A stretch of 64,000 nucleotides of DNA from Bacteroidota bacterium (lineage in GTDB: Bacteria > Bacteroidota > Ignavibacteria > UBA10030), in the NCBI GenBank assembly GCA_035390885.1, contig DAOOUW010000003.1, positions 1,432 to 65,431 on the forward strand, written 5' to 3'. The notes beneath the pieces are model-generated. The model saw nothing but the letters and a program-made list of their open reading frames with translations. It was not told the DNA's origin and made no database searches. Made by a program: the position numbers and the translations under genes. Each line of letters opens with the position of its first letter. Positions within the stretch are counted from its first letter, which is position 1. Shown one piece after another: positions 1-9,987 of this stretch.

Positions 1-1086
1 ATCGTCGAGCGGTATCAATATCCAATTCTTACCGCTGCCCACACTCCGCCATTCTGGCGCTACGATTTCGACTACAATACAAATCCGCATCTCTTAGAAC
101 GACTGGGAATTAACTCCACGTTCAATGCTGGAGCAGCAGAATTCAACGGAAAGATTCTTCTCATAGTTCGTGTTGAAGGCGCCGATCGAAAATCGTTTTT
201 TGCCATCGCTGAATCCGAAAACGGCATTGATAATTTTAGATTCTGGGATTATCCAATTCAGTTATCCGAAACCTCAGAGCCAGACGTTAATGTATATGAT
301 ATGCGAATAACTCATCACGAAGATGGTTGGTATTACGGATTATTTTGTACGGAACGGAAAGACCCTAATGTTCCTCGAACCGACACATCATCTGCAATTG
401 CGCAGTGCGGAATTGTTCGCACAAAAGATTTTCAACAATGGGATCGCCTACCGGATTTAATAACTCGTTCTCCACAACAACGGAATGTAGTTCTCCATCC
501 TGAATTCATCCGAGGGAAATACGCTTTTTACACTCGTCCGCAAGACGGATTTATTGAAACTGGCTCAGGCGGTGGTATCGGCTGGGGACTCTCCGACAGC
601 ATGAATCCAGCAAAAATCGATAGTGAAATTATTATTGACGATCGCCAATACCACACAATCAAAGAAGTAAAAAACGGATTAGGTCCCACTCCAATTAAAA
701 CTGAAAAAGGGTGGCTCCAACTTGCTCACGGCGTGCGGAACACCGCAGCTGGATTGCGGTATGTTCTTTATATGTTTCTCACCGATTTAAAAGATCCATC
801 GAAGGTTATTGCACAACCCGGTGGTTATTTTCTTGCGCCAGATGGCGAAGAGCGCATTGGCGATGTATCGAATGTTCTCTTTAGCAACGGATGGGTAGCG
901 AAAAGTAATGGCGAAGTACTTATTTATTATGCTTCCTCTGACACACGGTTGCACGTTGCTACTTCAACGATCGAGAAACTTCTCGATTATGTACTGCATA
1001 CGCCTGAAGATGGATTGAGAAGCGGTGTCTGTGTGCAGCAACGAGTTCAGCTAATCTCAAAAAATTTAAAAATCCTGAAAAAATAA
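1..1086 (+). CDS. GH130-family beta-mannoside phosphorylase-like glycosidase, 5' end cut by window edge
   Basis: Frame 1 is open from nt 1 to the ATG at 301, so the gene begins upstream of the window. The translation ([54 protein letters not shown]) fits my recollection of GH130 mannosylglucose/mannooligosaccharide phosphorylases. Confidence 0.75.
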   Translation: MVERYQYPILTAAHTPPFWRYDFDYNTNPHLLERLGINSTFNAGAAEFNGKILLIVRVEGADRKSFFAIAESENGIDNFRFWDYPIQLSETSEPDVNVYDMRITHHEDGWYYGLFCTERKDPNVPRTDTSSAIAQCGIVRTKDFQQWDRLPDLITRSPQQRNVVLHPEFIRGKYAFYTRPQDGFIETGSGGGIGWGLSDSMNPAKIDSEIIIDDRQYHTIKEVKNGLGPTPIKTEKGWLQLAHGVRNTAAGLRYVLYMFLTDLKDPSKVIAQPGGYFLAPDGEERIGDVSNVLFSNGWVAKSNGEVLIYYASSDTRLHVATSTIEKLLDYVLHTPEDGLRSGVCVQQRVQLISKNLKILKK

Positions 1087-1108
1087 TTTTCACCTTGTAG
1101 GAAGATTG

Positions 1109-1155
1109 AATCTGATCTGTGTTTTGTTAATGTAGACACAGGCAGATTTTTTATT
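1109..1155 (+). terminator. Rho-independent terminator candidate after the GH130 gene
   Basis: AATCTGATCTGTGT (1109-1122) pairs with ACACAGGCAGATT (1136-1148). This gives 6 bp, a small internal loop and 6 bp, followed by a TTTTTATTT run. Confidence 0.6.
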
Positions 1156-1209
1156 TCGTACACGTAATTTGCATAAAATTATCTCACGCAGATAGCTCAG
1201 ATAGTCATA

Positions 1210-1250
1210 ACGGTGGCTTTGATACGGCGATTCACCAATCCGAGCTGTCG
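1210..1250 (-). repeat. Degenerate fragment of the intergenic palindromic repeat family (core half only)
   Basis: CGGTGGCTTTGATACGGCGATTCACC resembles the GGTGGCTTCGATACGAGCTATCGCTCACC end of the full copies at 15861, 56433 and 62742. It lies between convergent gene ends and is followed by a T8 run. Confidence 0.45.
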
Positions 1251-1294
1251 TTTTTTTTATTCAGTTTCCAAGGCACCGGATACATTTGATAAGC

Positions 1295-2425
1295 TCATTC
1301 GGCGTTTGTTTGTTCAAGCAGGCGAATAAATTCCTCAAAAAGGTAATCACTATCGTGTGGACCCGGCGATGCTTCTGGGTGGTACTGCACTGAAAATGCA
1401 GGATACAATCTATGACGGAGTCCCTCGTTCGTGTGGTCATTTAAATTGAGATGCGTTATCTCGACAGAGGAAGGATCGAGCGAATCCGGATCAACAGCAA
1501 ATCCATGGTTTTGAGATGTAATTTCAATAGTATTTGTTACAAGATTTTTTACGGGATGATTCGCACCACGATGTCCAAACTTTAATTTGTAGGTTCTTCC
1601 ACCAAGCGCTAATGCAAGAAGTTGATGTCCTAAACAAATTCCAAAGATTGGTTTCTTGCCAAGGAGCACACGAATATTTTTTATTCCGTAGCGTACTGCT
1701 GAAGGGTCCCCGGGACCATTTGAAAGAAAGATTCCATCAAAATTCATCTCCAGAATTTTTTCCGCGGGAAAACTTGCGGGAAATACCGTAAGATCGCACC
1801 CATACGATGTGAGACGACGAAGTATATTAAACTTAACGCCGTAATCATATACAGCAATTTTCCATTTTCGTTCGGCGGACGAGCGAAGTGGGGCAAGTGC
1901 ATAGGGAGTTGTATCAACTTTATTCCACTCATAAGGTTCTCTGGTCGTCACGACTTTGGCTAAATCCCATCCTACCATTTGCTGCGATCGTTTTACTTTT
2001 TCTAACAAAACATCGTCGCTTTCACCAAGGGTGGAAATAATTCCTCGCATTGCTCCAACGGATCGAATCATTTTTGTGAGCATCCTGGTATCGATTCCTT
2101 CAATACCAATGATGCTGTGTTCTGTGAGCCAATCCTCTAACGATTGCGTCGCACGAAAATTGCTGGGATGATTGCTAAGCTCTTTCACTATAAATCCAGC
2201 CACTTGAGGTTTTGCAGACTCAAAATCCTCTGGATTTACGCCATAATTTCCAATCAGTGGATAGGTCATTGTAACAATTTGACCTGCGTACGACGGATCG
2301 GTAATAATCTCTTGATATCCCGTCATACTGGTGTTAAAGACTACTTCGCCTGTCGTTTCACCTGTTGCTCCAAAAGATTCGCCGATGAATACAGCACCGT
2401 TTTCGAGTACTAATTTTGCTTCCAT
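1295..2425 (-). CDS. carA: Carbamoyl-phosphate synthase small (glutamine amidotransferase) subunit
   Basis: The N-terminus MEAKLVLENGAVFIGESFGA..GEVVFNTSMTGYQEIITDPSYAGQIV is typical of CarA. The GATase triad context is GICLGHQLL and HPE. Start placed at the internal ATG (2425) that begins the conserved CarA N-terminus. Confidence 0.93.
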   Translation of the reverse strand: MEAKLVLENGAVFIGESFGATGETTGEVVFNTSMTGYQEIITDPSYAGQIVTMTYPLIGNYGVNPEDFESAKPQVAGFIVKELSNHPSNFRATQSLEDWLTEHSIIGIEGIDTRMLTKMIRSVGAMRGIISTLGESDDVLLEKVKRSQQMVGWDLAKVVTTREPYEWNKVDTTPYALAPLRSSAERKWKIAVYDYGVKFNILRRLTSYGCDLTVFPASFPAEKILEMNFDGIFLSNGPGDPSAVRYGIKNIRVLLGKKPIFGICLGHQLLALALGGRTYKLKFGHRGANHPVKNLVTNTIEITSQNHGFAVDPDSLDPSSVEITHLNLNDHTNEGLRHRLYPAFSVQYHPEASPGPHDSDYLFEEFIRLLEQTNAE

Positions 2426-2743
2426 ATATTTAAAGATATGAAGAAATGGGTGTGGTTGCAAAACAATTTTATCTTTTTATGGAACACTTTCACCGATGTA
2501 AATGTTATTACGTTAGGTCAAGAGAACTTGATTAAAAGTAGGAGGACATCTATATTGTATCATTATGAAGGCGCAGGAATATCGTTCAAAATTTCTTTTA
2601 AGCGAGCAATCAACAACGACATGTTGTTGTACCACAAGTTTGTGTTGAGGAACTCAACATCCTTTCTGTCTACAATTTACTTTTGTGCAAAAATTTAGTT
2701 TATCGGAAAGTATCTTTAACAAATAATTATTGCAGGATCAACT

Positions 2744-3601
2744 ATGGAAACAAATCTTCCTTATGATGATATTCGTGATGAATTTATTTCTGCGCTGAAG
2801 CGACAGCGAGAGAACCACAATCTCGGCATCGAGTTAAAGAAAGAAGCACAGAATTTTATTGATACACTCCTGAGTATTCTCTTTCCGCACTTTTGTAAAG
2901 AAAATTGTCTAACAGAGAATGAGCTAAAAGCAAATCTGACACTTCTTGAGCGCGACCTCAAGCAAATTCTCCTTCCCATTCTTCAGAATACAACAATGAA
3001 GGAAAGTGAAATTGCGCGTCAGTTTATGGCATCGCTTCCACAAATCAATGAGATGCTCTGGAAAGATGCCGAAGCAATCTATGCCGGCGATCCTGCTGCG
3101 GAAAGCGTCGACGAAGTCATTCTTGCATATCCAGGATTCATTGCAATTGCAATGTATCGCGTTGCTCACGAATTCTATAAAATGCGCATTCCCATTTTCC
3201 CTCGACTTATCACTGAATATGCTCACGAAAAAACCGGCATCGATATTCATCCGGGAGCGCAAATTGGTTGGTCGTTTGCAATCGATCACGGAACTGGCAT
3301 TGTCATTGGCGAATCAACAATCATTGGAAACAACGTAAAAATTTATCAGGGTGTAACGCTTGGGGCGCTAAGCGTTGATAAAAAGCTTGCAAAATCGAAA
3401 CGTCATCCAACAATTGAAGACAATGTTGTCATTTACGCACAGGCAGTCATCCTTGGCGGCGAGACCGTCGTCGGGCACCACAGCGTCATCGGTGGCAATG
3501 TGTGGCTGACGCATAGCGTGCCTCCGAACTCAGTGGTTTATCAGGAACAAGAAGCATCCGTCCACAGCAAAGAAGACCATAATGATTCGATGATATATTA
3601 G
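2744..3601 (+). CDS. cysE: Serine O-acetyltransferase
   Basis: AGDPAAESVDEVILAYPGFIAIAMYRVAHEFY and hexapeptide repeats (GIDIHPGAQIG..AIDHGTGIVIGESTIIGNNVKIYQGVTLG). It sits directly upstream of cysK. Confidence 0.9.
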   Translation: METNLPYDDIRDEFISALKRQRENHNLGIELKKEAQNFIDTLLSILFPHFCKENCLTENELKANLTLLERDLKQILLPILQNTTMKESEIARQFMASLPQINEMLWKDAEAIYAGDPAAESVDEVILAYPGFIAIAMYRVAHEFYKMRIPIFPRLITEYAHEKTGIDIHPGAQIGWSFAIDHGTGIVIGESTIIGNNVKIYQGVTLGALSVDKKLAKSKRHPTIEDNVVIYAQAVILGGETVVGHHSVIGGNVWLTHSVPPNSVVYQEQEASVHSKEDHNDSMIY

Positions 3602-3634
3602 CATTTAATAATCACGATAGAAAGAAAATTGACA

Positions 3635-4549
3635 ATGAGAGCAAACTCAGTTTTAGAAACAATTGGTCATACACCGCACATTCGACTTCAGCGCCTCTTT
3701 CCAAATACAGAAGTATGGGTAAAAGTAGAACGAACGAATCCCGGTGGAAGTTTGAAAGATCGAATTGCCCTTGCAATGATCGAAGAGGCTGAAAAACAAG
3801 GAATACTTAAGCCCGGCGGTATAATTATCGAACCAACATCTGGCAATACCGGAATCGGACTCGCAATGGTAGCGGCAGTAAAACGATATAAGATTATTCT
3901 TGTTATGCCCGATTCAATGTCCATCGAACGACGAAAGCTTTTAAAGGCATATGGCGCGCAACTTGAATTAACGCCAAGAGAGAAAGGAATGGCAGGCGCC
4001 ATTCAACGCGCAGTGGAATTAGCCAAACAGACTCCAAACTCATGGATTCCGCAACAATTTGAAAATGAAACCAATACTGCCATTCATCGCGCCACAACAG
4101 CACAAGAAATTCTTCAAGATTTTCCAGATGGAATTGATATATTCATTTCTGGAGTCGGTACAGGCGGACACATTACTGGATGCGCAGAGATACTAAAAAA
4201 ACATTTTCCAAAACTCAAAGTATTCGCCGTTGAGCCATCGCTTTCTCCAGTACTCAGCGGTGGAAAACCAGCGCCTCATCCGATTCAAGGAATCGGAGCT
4301 GGATTTATTCCTAAAATTCTCAACGTATCCTTATTAGATGGCATTATTCAAATTGAAAAAGAAGAAGCTTACAAATACACTCGACGAGCGGCACAGGAAG
4401 AAGGACTGTTAATCGGAATTTCCAGCGGTGCTTCCCTTGCAGCAGTAGCAAAAAAGCTCCAAGAATTTCCACTTCAAGCTCGAATTCTTACGTTTGTTTA
4501 TGATACTGGAGAACGATATCTATCAGTTGAATCCCTTTTCCCTTTTTAA
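3635..4549 (+). CDS. cysK: Cysteine synthase A (O-acetylserine sulfhydrylase)
   Basis: PLP lysine context [11 protein letters not shown], plus [10 protein letters not shown] and GISSGA motifs. ATG at 3635 preferred over the TTG at 3629 used in the ORF track. Confidence 0.93.
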   Translation: MRANSVLETIGHTPHIRLQRLFPNTEVWVKVERTNPGGSLKDRIALAMIEEAEKQGILKPGGIIIEPTSGNTGIGLAMVAAVKRYKIILVMPDSMSIERRKLLKAYGAQLELTPREKGMAGAIQRAVELAKQTPNSWIPQQFENETNTAIHRATTAQEILQDFPDGIDIFISGVGTGGHITGCAEILKKHFPKLKVFAVEPSLSPVLSGGKPAPHPIQGIGAGFIPKILNVSLLDGIIQIEKEEAYKYTRRAAQEEGLLIGISSGASLAAVAKKLQEFPLQARILTFVYDTGERYLSVESLFPF

Positions 4550-4748
4550 GAAGGGATAAATTTCCGGTACTATCGATTACCTACAGGTTGTCTATCCCTA
4601 CTGATGACAATGGTCAACTATATTTTGCATTAACAATTTGTCTAGGATTTTTTTTAATTTTTTTATTACAACTTTTTAATGATGTTGCATATTCTAACAA
4701 AATAAGTCATTTTATAAGAAAATAAATGAATCAGCTGTAGCTTACATA

Positions 4749-5465
4749 ATGGCTAAATCAAATTCTCAAGACGACACAAAAATAATTCATTTCCTCTTTA
4801 AGGACCGGGATCGAAGCGATATTTTAAAAAATCCTGAACGAAAAGCAGTTGCTTTCTTAGTGCAACGTATCCCAGGTTATATCAGTCCTAATATGCTCAC
4901 TTTCATTGGATTTCTTGGGAGCATCGTAGTTACTGTAAGTTTTGCATTAGCAACATTCGTCCATCAATCATATTTACTCATCGGGATACTTGGTTTTGCT
5001 CTTAATTGGTTTGGCGACTCGTTGGACGGAAGACTTGCATACTTTCGGAACAAACCTCGAAAGTGGTATGGCTTTGTTTTGGATATTACGATTGATTGGT
5101 TAACCTCGATTCTTATTGGAATTGGTTACATCATTTACGTCGATGGATTCGGAGAATGGTTTGGATTTGCATTTGTGGTGCTTTACGGTTGGGCAATGAT
5201 TACGACTTTATTGCGTTACAAAGTTACCAATCAATATTCAATTGACTCCGGGATTCTTGGACCAACAGAAGTGAGACTAATTATTTGTCTTCTTCTCTTA
5301 AGCGAGGTACTGTTTAAAAATTCGATTGTGTATTTAACTTGCATAGCCTGTTGTATCTTATTCACGGTAAATATTATTAACACATTCAAATTGCTTCGAG
5401 ATGCCGATGCTGTTGACAAAGAGAACAATCGCCTTTCGAAAGAACCTCCCACAAATCTTAACTAA
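4749..5465 (+). CDS. CDP-alcohol phosphatidyltransferase family membrane protein
   Basis: The motif DG(x2)A(x..)G(x3)D(x3)D is present as GDSLDGRLAYFRNKPRKWYGFVLDITID. Several hydrophobic segments. Confidence 0.8.
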   Translation: MAKSNSQDDTKIIHFLFKDRDRSDILKNPERKAVAFLVQRIPGYISPNMLTFIGFLGSIVVTVSFALATFVHQSYLLIGILGFALNWFGDSLDGRLAYFRNKPRKWYGFVLDITIDWLTSILIGIGYIIYVDGFGEWFGFAFVVLYGWAMITTLLRYKVTNQYSIDSGILGPTEVRLIICLLLLSEVLFKNSIVYLTCIACCILFTVNIINTFKLLRDADAVDKENNRLSKEPPTNLN

Positions 5466-5663
5466 AAATTTGTGACTCTGTCGTAAGTGCAAAGTTATAG
5501 ATTGCTTCCTACCAAAAATAATTTTTAACCGACTGAAATTAAACTTCCATCCGCCACATTTTTAATTCACAAAACACAACGGAATTAGCTGTATTTCTTT
5601 TTCTCCAAAATAACTGACCCCCAGAATGTCCTTAAGCAATAGAGAAATATTCTTCGTTCACAT

Positions 5664-6509
5664 TCACTTCTTCGCTAAATTGTTCTGAATTTGCGACATA
5701 AGCATCTTAGCTTTTTGCATATCGCGAATATCGATTGCACCAACGAGTATGCTGCCGCATCGTTGGAGAAGCATTACGCCGATAACTGGATCTTTTACTT
5801 TTGTTGGTTTATCGAATGTAAGTAAGCTATCCTTCAAAAGCTTCGCATACTTTTTGACAGCCTCTTGCGCTTCGGCTTCCGATGAAAAATACACTGTAAA
5901 CATTGTGCATTGCTGGTATGGCACAACAAAAGCAATATCGAAAAATTTGTAACCTAAAAAATCTCTATTTACATAGTACTCGCTGTGTGGTAATCGTTCT
6001 GCCTGAGGAAAGGCATCGAACTGCGCTGGCATTCTGGAATCTTGATGGAGAGCGGCAGCCACAGCATTCGCTATGGTCAGTAGAGCTTGTTGAACGTGCT
6101 GCCCTTTATCATTTGTTACAAGTTTAATATAAAATGGTCCTGACCAGAAATTCAACGCTCCTTCTTCAATGTAACCCTCTCCGCCAATTGAGAGGAACTG
6201 CGCTTCCGGCGAACGTTCCTGTGTATACACGCCAAAAGCATTTTCAGCATTTCGGTGTCGGTAGAGTTCAACTCTAATGTATTGAATCAAAGAGTCGCTA
6301 TACTCTGCTATCGCAAGCTCTTCGAAGTCATAGCTCAAGAACATTTCGGCAGCGCCATCGATGATATCAAAAAGATTGTTGGGAGTATAGACTTCCTCAA
6401 GAATTGTACGTTGAAAGCCAGGGATTTCTGGAAAGTAAGCCTCTTTATCCTGAGCTTGTGCTGGAGTTAGGGGAATAGAAAGCAACAATAACGCAAAAAA
6501 TTTCTTCAT
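5664..6509 (-). CDS. Secreted hypothetical protein
   Basis: Signal peptide MKKFFALLLLSIPLTPAQAQ. No catalytic motif recognised. Last gene of the minus-strand murA run, 7 nt after the reductase. Confidence 0.6.
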   Translation of the reverse strand: MKKFFALLLLSIPLTPAQAQDKEAYFPEIPGFQRTILEEVYTPNNLFDIIDGAAEMFLSYDFEELAIAEYSDSLIQYIRVELYRHRNAENAFGVYTQERSPEAQFLSIGGEGYIEEGALNFWSGPFYIKLVTNDKGQHVQQALLTIANAVAAALHQDSRMPAQFDAFPQAERLPHSEYYVNRDFLGYKFFDIAFVVPYQQCTMFTVYFSSEAEAQEAVKKYAKLLKDSLLTFDKPTKVKDPVIGVMLLQRCGSILVGAIDIRDMQKAKMLMSQIQNNLAKK

Positions 6510-6516
6510 ACTTCAC

Positions 6517-7704
6517 CTATGCTAAAAATTCAATTGGTACATTTTCTAATCGAGCGACATCTTTTACTCTTTCACTAATTGGTAAATTCTTTACACAATG
6601 AGCGCTACAGATATCGCACGATTTACAAACTTGAAATTCTTCTTTTCCCTCATCAACGATTTCTCGCGCCTTCAGCGTGGCTCCATATCCATACGTGTAC
6701 ATATAGGCGCGCATCGCATCCGGTAGAATCGAGAGATGGTAACGGCACGATTGAATACATTGCTCGCATCCGTCGCACGCCATTCCTTTGCTTTGTGTGT
6801 CAGGAATCAGTGAAGCTCGTTCCTCATCTGTCAATGTAATATCATAGTTCACACTTATATTCTCTTGAAGATGTTCGAACGCCGTTAGCCCAGCGATGCA
6901 TGTTGTAACAGCTGGATCTTCTAAAACCCATTTTAGGGCAGCTTTATAATTAACCGGTTTCGTCCTTTCCTTATCATAGTACCCGCCAGCCATCGTCTTC
7001 ATCGCAATAATCCCGATTCCAGCTTTCGACGCCGCAGCAGTTACCTCTCTTAACCTTTTCGGATTTTGATTTTGAAAATTTATAGATGCTAAGACAACAT
7101 CGTGAATACCTTCTTCCGTGACAGCTTCTAGAACTCCTTCGACATTCCTGTGCGTCGAGACTCCGATGAAGTGTGTTTTACCAGACTTCTTCGCTTCTTC
7201 GAGTGCAGCAAGCATCTCAGGATGATATGCTTCTTCTTGTGTAGAAATTCCATGCAAATAGAGAATATCGACGTAATCGGTTTTTAGTCGCTTGAGACTG
7301 ATATCGAGTCGATTCAAGAATGCTTCTTTTGTTGAGGCTGGTCCAATGGTACCTTTCGTTCGGTCATGTTCCGCTGGTTTAATTTTTGTGGCAAGAATAT
7401 AGGATTTGCGCGGTACCTTCGATAGCACTTCACCGATCATTTCTTCGTTTCGTCCATTTTGATATGAATGCGCTGTGTCGAAATGTGTAATGCCGGCGTC
7501 ATACGCCGCGCGGAGTAGCGCCGGATTATTTGCAAGCATCACTCCGTAACTAATGACGGGAATTCTTAAACCTGTTTTTCCTAAAACTCGAGTAATCGGT
7601 TTCTTCTTTTTATCCTTTGATTGTGCAAACGATATCGGCACGCTCAATGCCGCCGCTGTGCTGAGTGTTGCTTTCAAAAATTTTCTTCTGTCAAATTCTT
7701 CCAT
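6517..7704 (-). CDS. Aldo/keto reductase with twin-arginine signal and C-terminal Cys-rich (Fe-S type) motifs
   Basis: DRRKFLKATLSTAAALSV is a Tat-like signal. AKR core motifs GITHFDTAHSYQNGRNEE and DILYLHG. C-terminal CDGCEQCIQSC and CKSCDICSAHC. Start placed at ATG 7704, preceded by AAGGA and 10 nt after the upstream stop. Confidence 0.8.
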   Translation of the reverse strand: MEEFDRRKFLKATLSTAAALSVPISFAQSKDKKKKPITRVLGKTGLRIPVISYGVMLANNPALLRAAYDAGITHFDTAHSYQNGRNEEMIGEVLSKVPRKSYILATKIKPAEHDRTKGTIGPASTKEAFLNRLDISLKRLKTDYVDILYLHGISTQEEAYHPEMLAALEEAKKSGKTHFIGVSTHRNVEGVLEAVTEEGIHDVVLASINFQNQNPKRLREVTAAASKAGIGIIAMKTMAGGYYDKERTKPVNYKAALKWVLEDPAVTTCIAGLTAFEHLQENISVNYDITLTDEERASLIPDTQSKGMACDGCEQCIQSCRYHLSILPDAMRAYMYTYGYGATLKAREIVDEGKEEFQVCKSCDICSAHCVKNLPISERVKDVARLENVPIEFLA

Positions 7705-7714
7705 AATTTTTCCT

Positions 7715-9973
7715 TTACTCATTTGTGATGTTACCATTTTGTGCGCTCCATACAATACAACGTTTCAAATGGTTGTTGGTTTCTGTTTTTATTCCTTCGG
7801 TTGGCGCAAGGAGCAACGCTTGTGAAAAATACTCCGCCGCTTCTTCGTATCGCAAATCAGTTTCTAACGTCCTGCCAAGATAATACAGGCGAAAGAATTG
7901 CAACACAGGCGATTGAAGATCGCTCGCTTTTTTGAATTCCTCTGATGCGTTGCGAAGCTCGCTATTCGCAAAATATAATTTCCCTCGTTCATAACGAGCC
8001 AATGCGCTGGGGAAGTACGTCAACCGCTGAAGTTTTTCTGAAATATCCAGATTGTATGTTAAAAGCTTGATCCATTCACTCCGCTCGTATCGAAGAGAAA
8101 GCGCTTCCAATCGGAACGCACATGCTTCATCGTATGATTTCGAGAGATGGATTGATGCAAGAAATGCGTATTCACGACGCGCTGCATCGAGCGAATCGAG
8201 TGCAAAGTACGCATCTCCTAACCAGAGCCGAATTGTAAGAAGCGCAATCGCCCATTTTGGATCATCAAGCATCGAAGAGCCGAACTTTACCGCTTCATCG
8301 AACTTGCGCAATGCACAGAGCGAACGTACTTTTAGAAGTACCGATTCTGCTGTTGGGTAATACCCCATTGATTTATCAGCCGTTGCAAGAGCACGTTCGT
8401 AATCCTGTTGTTCAAAGTATATCTGACCTTTTCTGTTTAAAGATGCAATAAATCGTACACACTCTTTCGTATAAGGCGATTGTCGTCGACTAAAGTATAG
8501 CGCTTTAAGAGAATCACCTCGAGAAATTTTCAACTGCGGAAGTTGCTTTCGCCATTGCTTTGTTAATTCGGTTAATGACAGATGATAGCTTCGTTCAAAA
8601 TCGTTCGTACGAAATACAGATTTCATCTTATCAATACCAAACGTATCGACAAGGTATTTACAGAATGAACCCGAAAGCAAATATCCTGTGGATGGCGCCT
8701 GACTTAAAAATCCAGTAGTCGAAAAAAGTTTCGCGATATCAATATCCTGCACAGCAAGGAGCAATGCAGCTGCTCTATCGGTTGGCTCATCGAACCACTC
8801 ATCATCTCCGAGTGCAACCGCAAGCCCTTCCGAGAGACCAAAACTTCTTCCAAGGCGAATTGGCGACCATCCAAATTCACCAGCAAACACATGAACCATT
8901 TCGTGCTTCAAGGCGTCTTCTATAACTCCGGCGTTTATGTGTATTTGATAGAGCCACGGTTTTGTAAAATTTGTTGAGCCTGCGCCAACCAAATGCGCCT
9001 TTTGATCTGAGTTTGCATAGAGAAATAACGTTATTCTTTTTTGCGGAATAACTTTAAGTTTATCCGCCAATTCGTTATAGTAAAATTCCTGAAGCTTTCC
9101 AATCTGTTCGACAGTAGGTCGGCGAATTTTGCCTAACGGATAAACAATATCACAATGCTCTGTAGAATAGAATCCTCCAAGTTTTGTTCGAAGATATTTT
9201 TCCGATGTAAAAAATCCAATTCGATTCCCAGACACGATCATCATAAGCACGAATGGACCGAGCAGAGACATTGCAATAATTTCTGGAAGAGTTCGTCGTT
9301 GGTGAGCCTGTGAATTATCACGATTCTTCAAAAGGGTTTTTGTATTCCAGAGCCACAACGAAAATGCGAAAAGAAAAATTCCAGCTCCAAACGTAACGAG
9401 CCGATACGGAAGTAAACGTGAAACAACCGGAAGGGATTCGTCGTACGTGAATCCCGGGAAAAATCCAATAATTGGAGAAAATAAATATAACTGGGGCGAT
9501 AGAAGAAGTCTCAAGAATGGGAGCAACAATATAAGGAGATAGAAAACAATGTAAAGAGTCTTCTGAAACTTCGGAACAAGCGCCCAAATAAAAAAGGAGA
9601 GCGCACTGCAAAGTACAATGGTTGGAATAAGAATAATGAGATAGAAATAGATGCCACTAAGTATGGAACAATTCCTTACAATGAATGTATTGCCAAGTCC
9701 GAGAAGTAATGGAACAAACGCAAGGAGAAGTGAACCGCCGAAATTTTTTAAATACACCACCCGTAATTGAGAAGGCGTTTGAAAATTTCCGCCAAGAGAG
9801 TGAATATAAAGAAGAAGGAGAAATCCGCTGATGAATCCAACAAGCGGTGCAATTGCAGCGGAGAACTCAAGTCCAACAACATTGAACAATGGAAATTGCA
9901 GAACAGCGACAGAAAAAATAACCAGCACAATTAAGGCAATGTAGTATGATTTGAGTACGCGAGGAGAAGCCAT
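7715..9973 (-). CDS. Polytopic membrane protein with HExxH metallopeptidase-like motif and C-terminal TPR-like repeats
   Basis: The N-terminal ~230 aa are strongly hydrophobic with multiple TM segments. ALKHEMVHVFAGEFG contains HEMVH. The C-terminal third has TPR-like A/Y/L periodicity. Confidence 0.65.
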   Translation of the reverse strand: MASPRVLKSYYIALIVLVIFSVAVLQFPLFNVVGLEFSAAIAPLVGFISGFLLLLYIHSLGGNFQTPSQLRVVYLKNFGGSLLLAFVPLLLGLGNTFIVRNCSILSGIYFYLIILIPTIVLCSALSFFIWALVPKFQKTLYIVFYLLILLLPFLRLLLSPQLYLFSPIIGFFPGFTYDESLPVVSRLLPYRLVTFGAGIFLFAFSLWLWNTKTLLKNRDNSQAHQRRTLPEIIAMSLLGPFVLMMIVSGNRIGFFTSEKYLRTKLGGFYSTEHCDIVYPLGKIRRPTVEQIGKLQEFYYNELADKLKVIPQKRITLFLYANSDQKAHLVGAGSTNFTKPWLYQIHINAGVIEDALKHEMVHVFAGEFGWSPIRLGRSFGLSEGLAVALGDDEWFDEPTDRAAALLLAVQDIDIAKLFSTTGFLSQAPSTGYLLSGSFCKYLVDTFGIDKMKSVFRTNDFERSYHLSLTELTKQWRKQLPQLKISRGDSLKALYFSRRQSPYTKECVRFIASLNRKGQIYFEQQDYERALATADKSMGYYPTAESVLLKVRSLCALRKFDEAVKFGSSMLDDPKWAIALLTIRLWLGDAYFALDSLDAARREYAFLASIHLSKSYDEACAFRLEALSLRYERSEWIKLLTYNLDISEKLQRLTYFPSALARYERGKLYFANSELRNASEEFKKASDLQSPVLQFFRLYYLGRTLETDLRYEEAAEYFSQALLLAPTEGIKTETNNHLKRCIVWSAQNGNITNE

Positions 9974-9987
9974 AGAATTGCGCTTTC

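Noticed and set aside
1185-1215. GCAGATAGCTCAGATAG, which resembles a tRNA D-arm
   Set aside because: No acceptor stem, anticodon arm or T-arm (GTTCGAATC-like) can be built around it. It borders a degenerate repeat fragment.
2462-2743. Possible riboswitch or leader in the carA/cysE divergent region, with hairpins CAACAAC-GACAT-GTTGTTG at 2611-2629 and GTTGAG-GAA-CTCAAC at 2644-2658
   Set aside because: I could not recognise a SAM, T-box or other known riboswitch consensus. The stems are short and lack a following U-tract. A TACTTTTG (Bacteroidota -7-like) motif at 2678-2685 is noted but is too weak to call a promoter.
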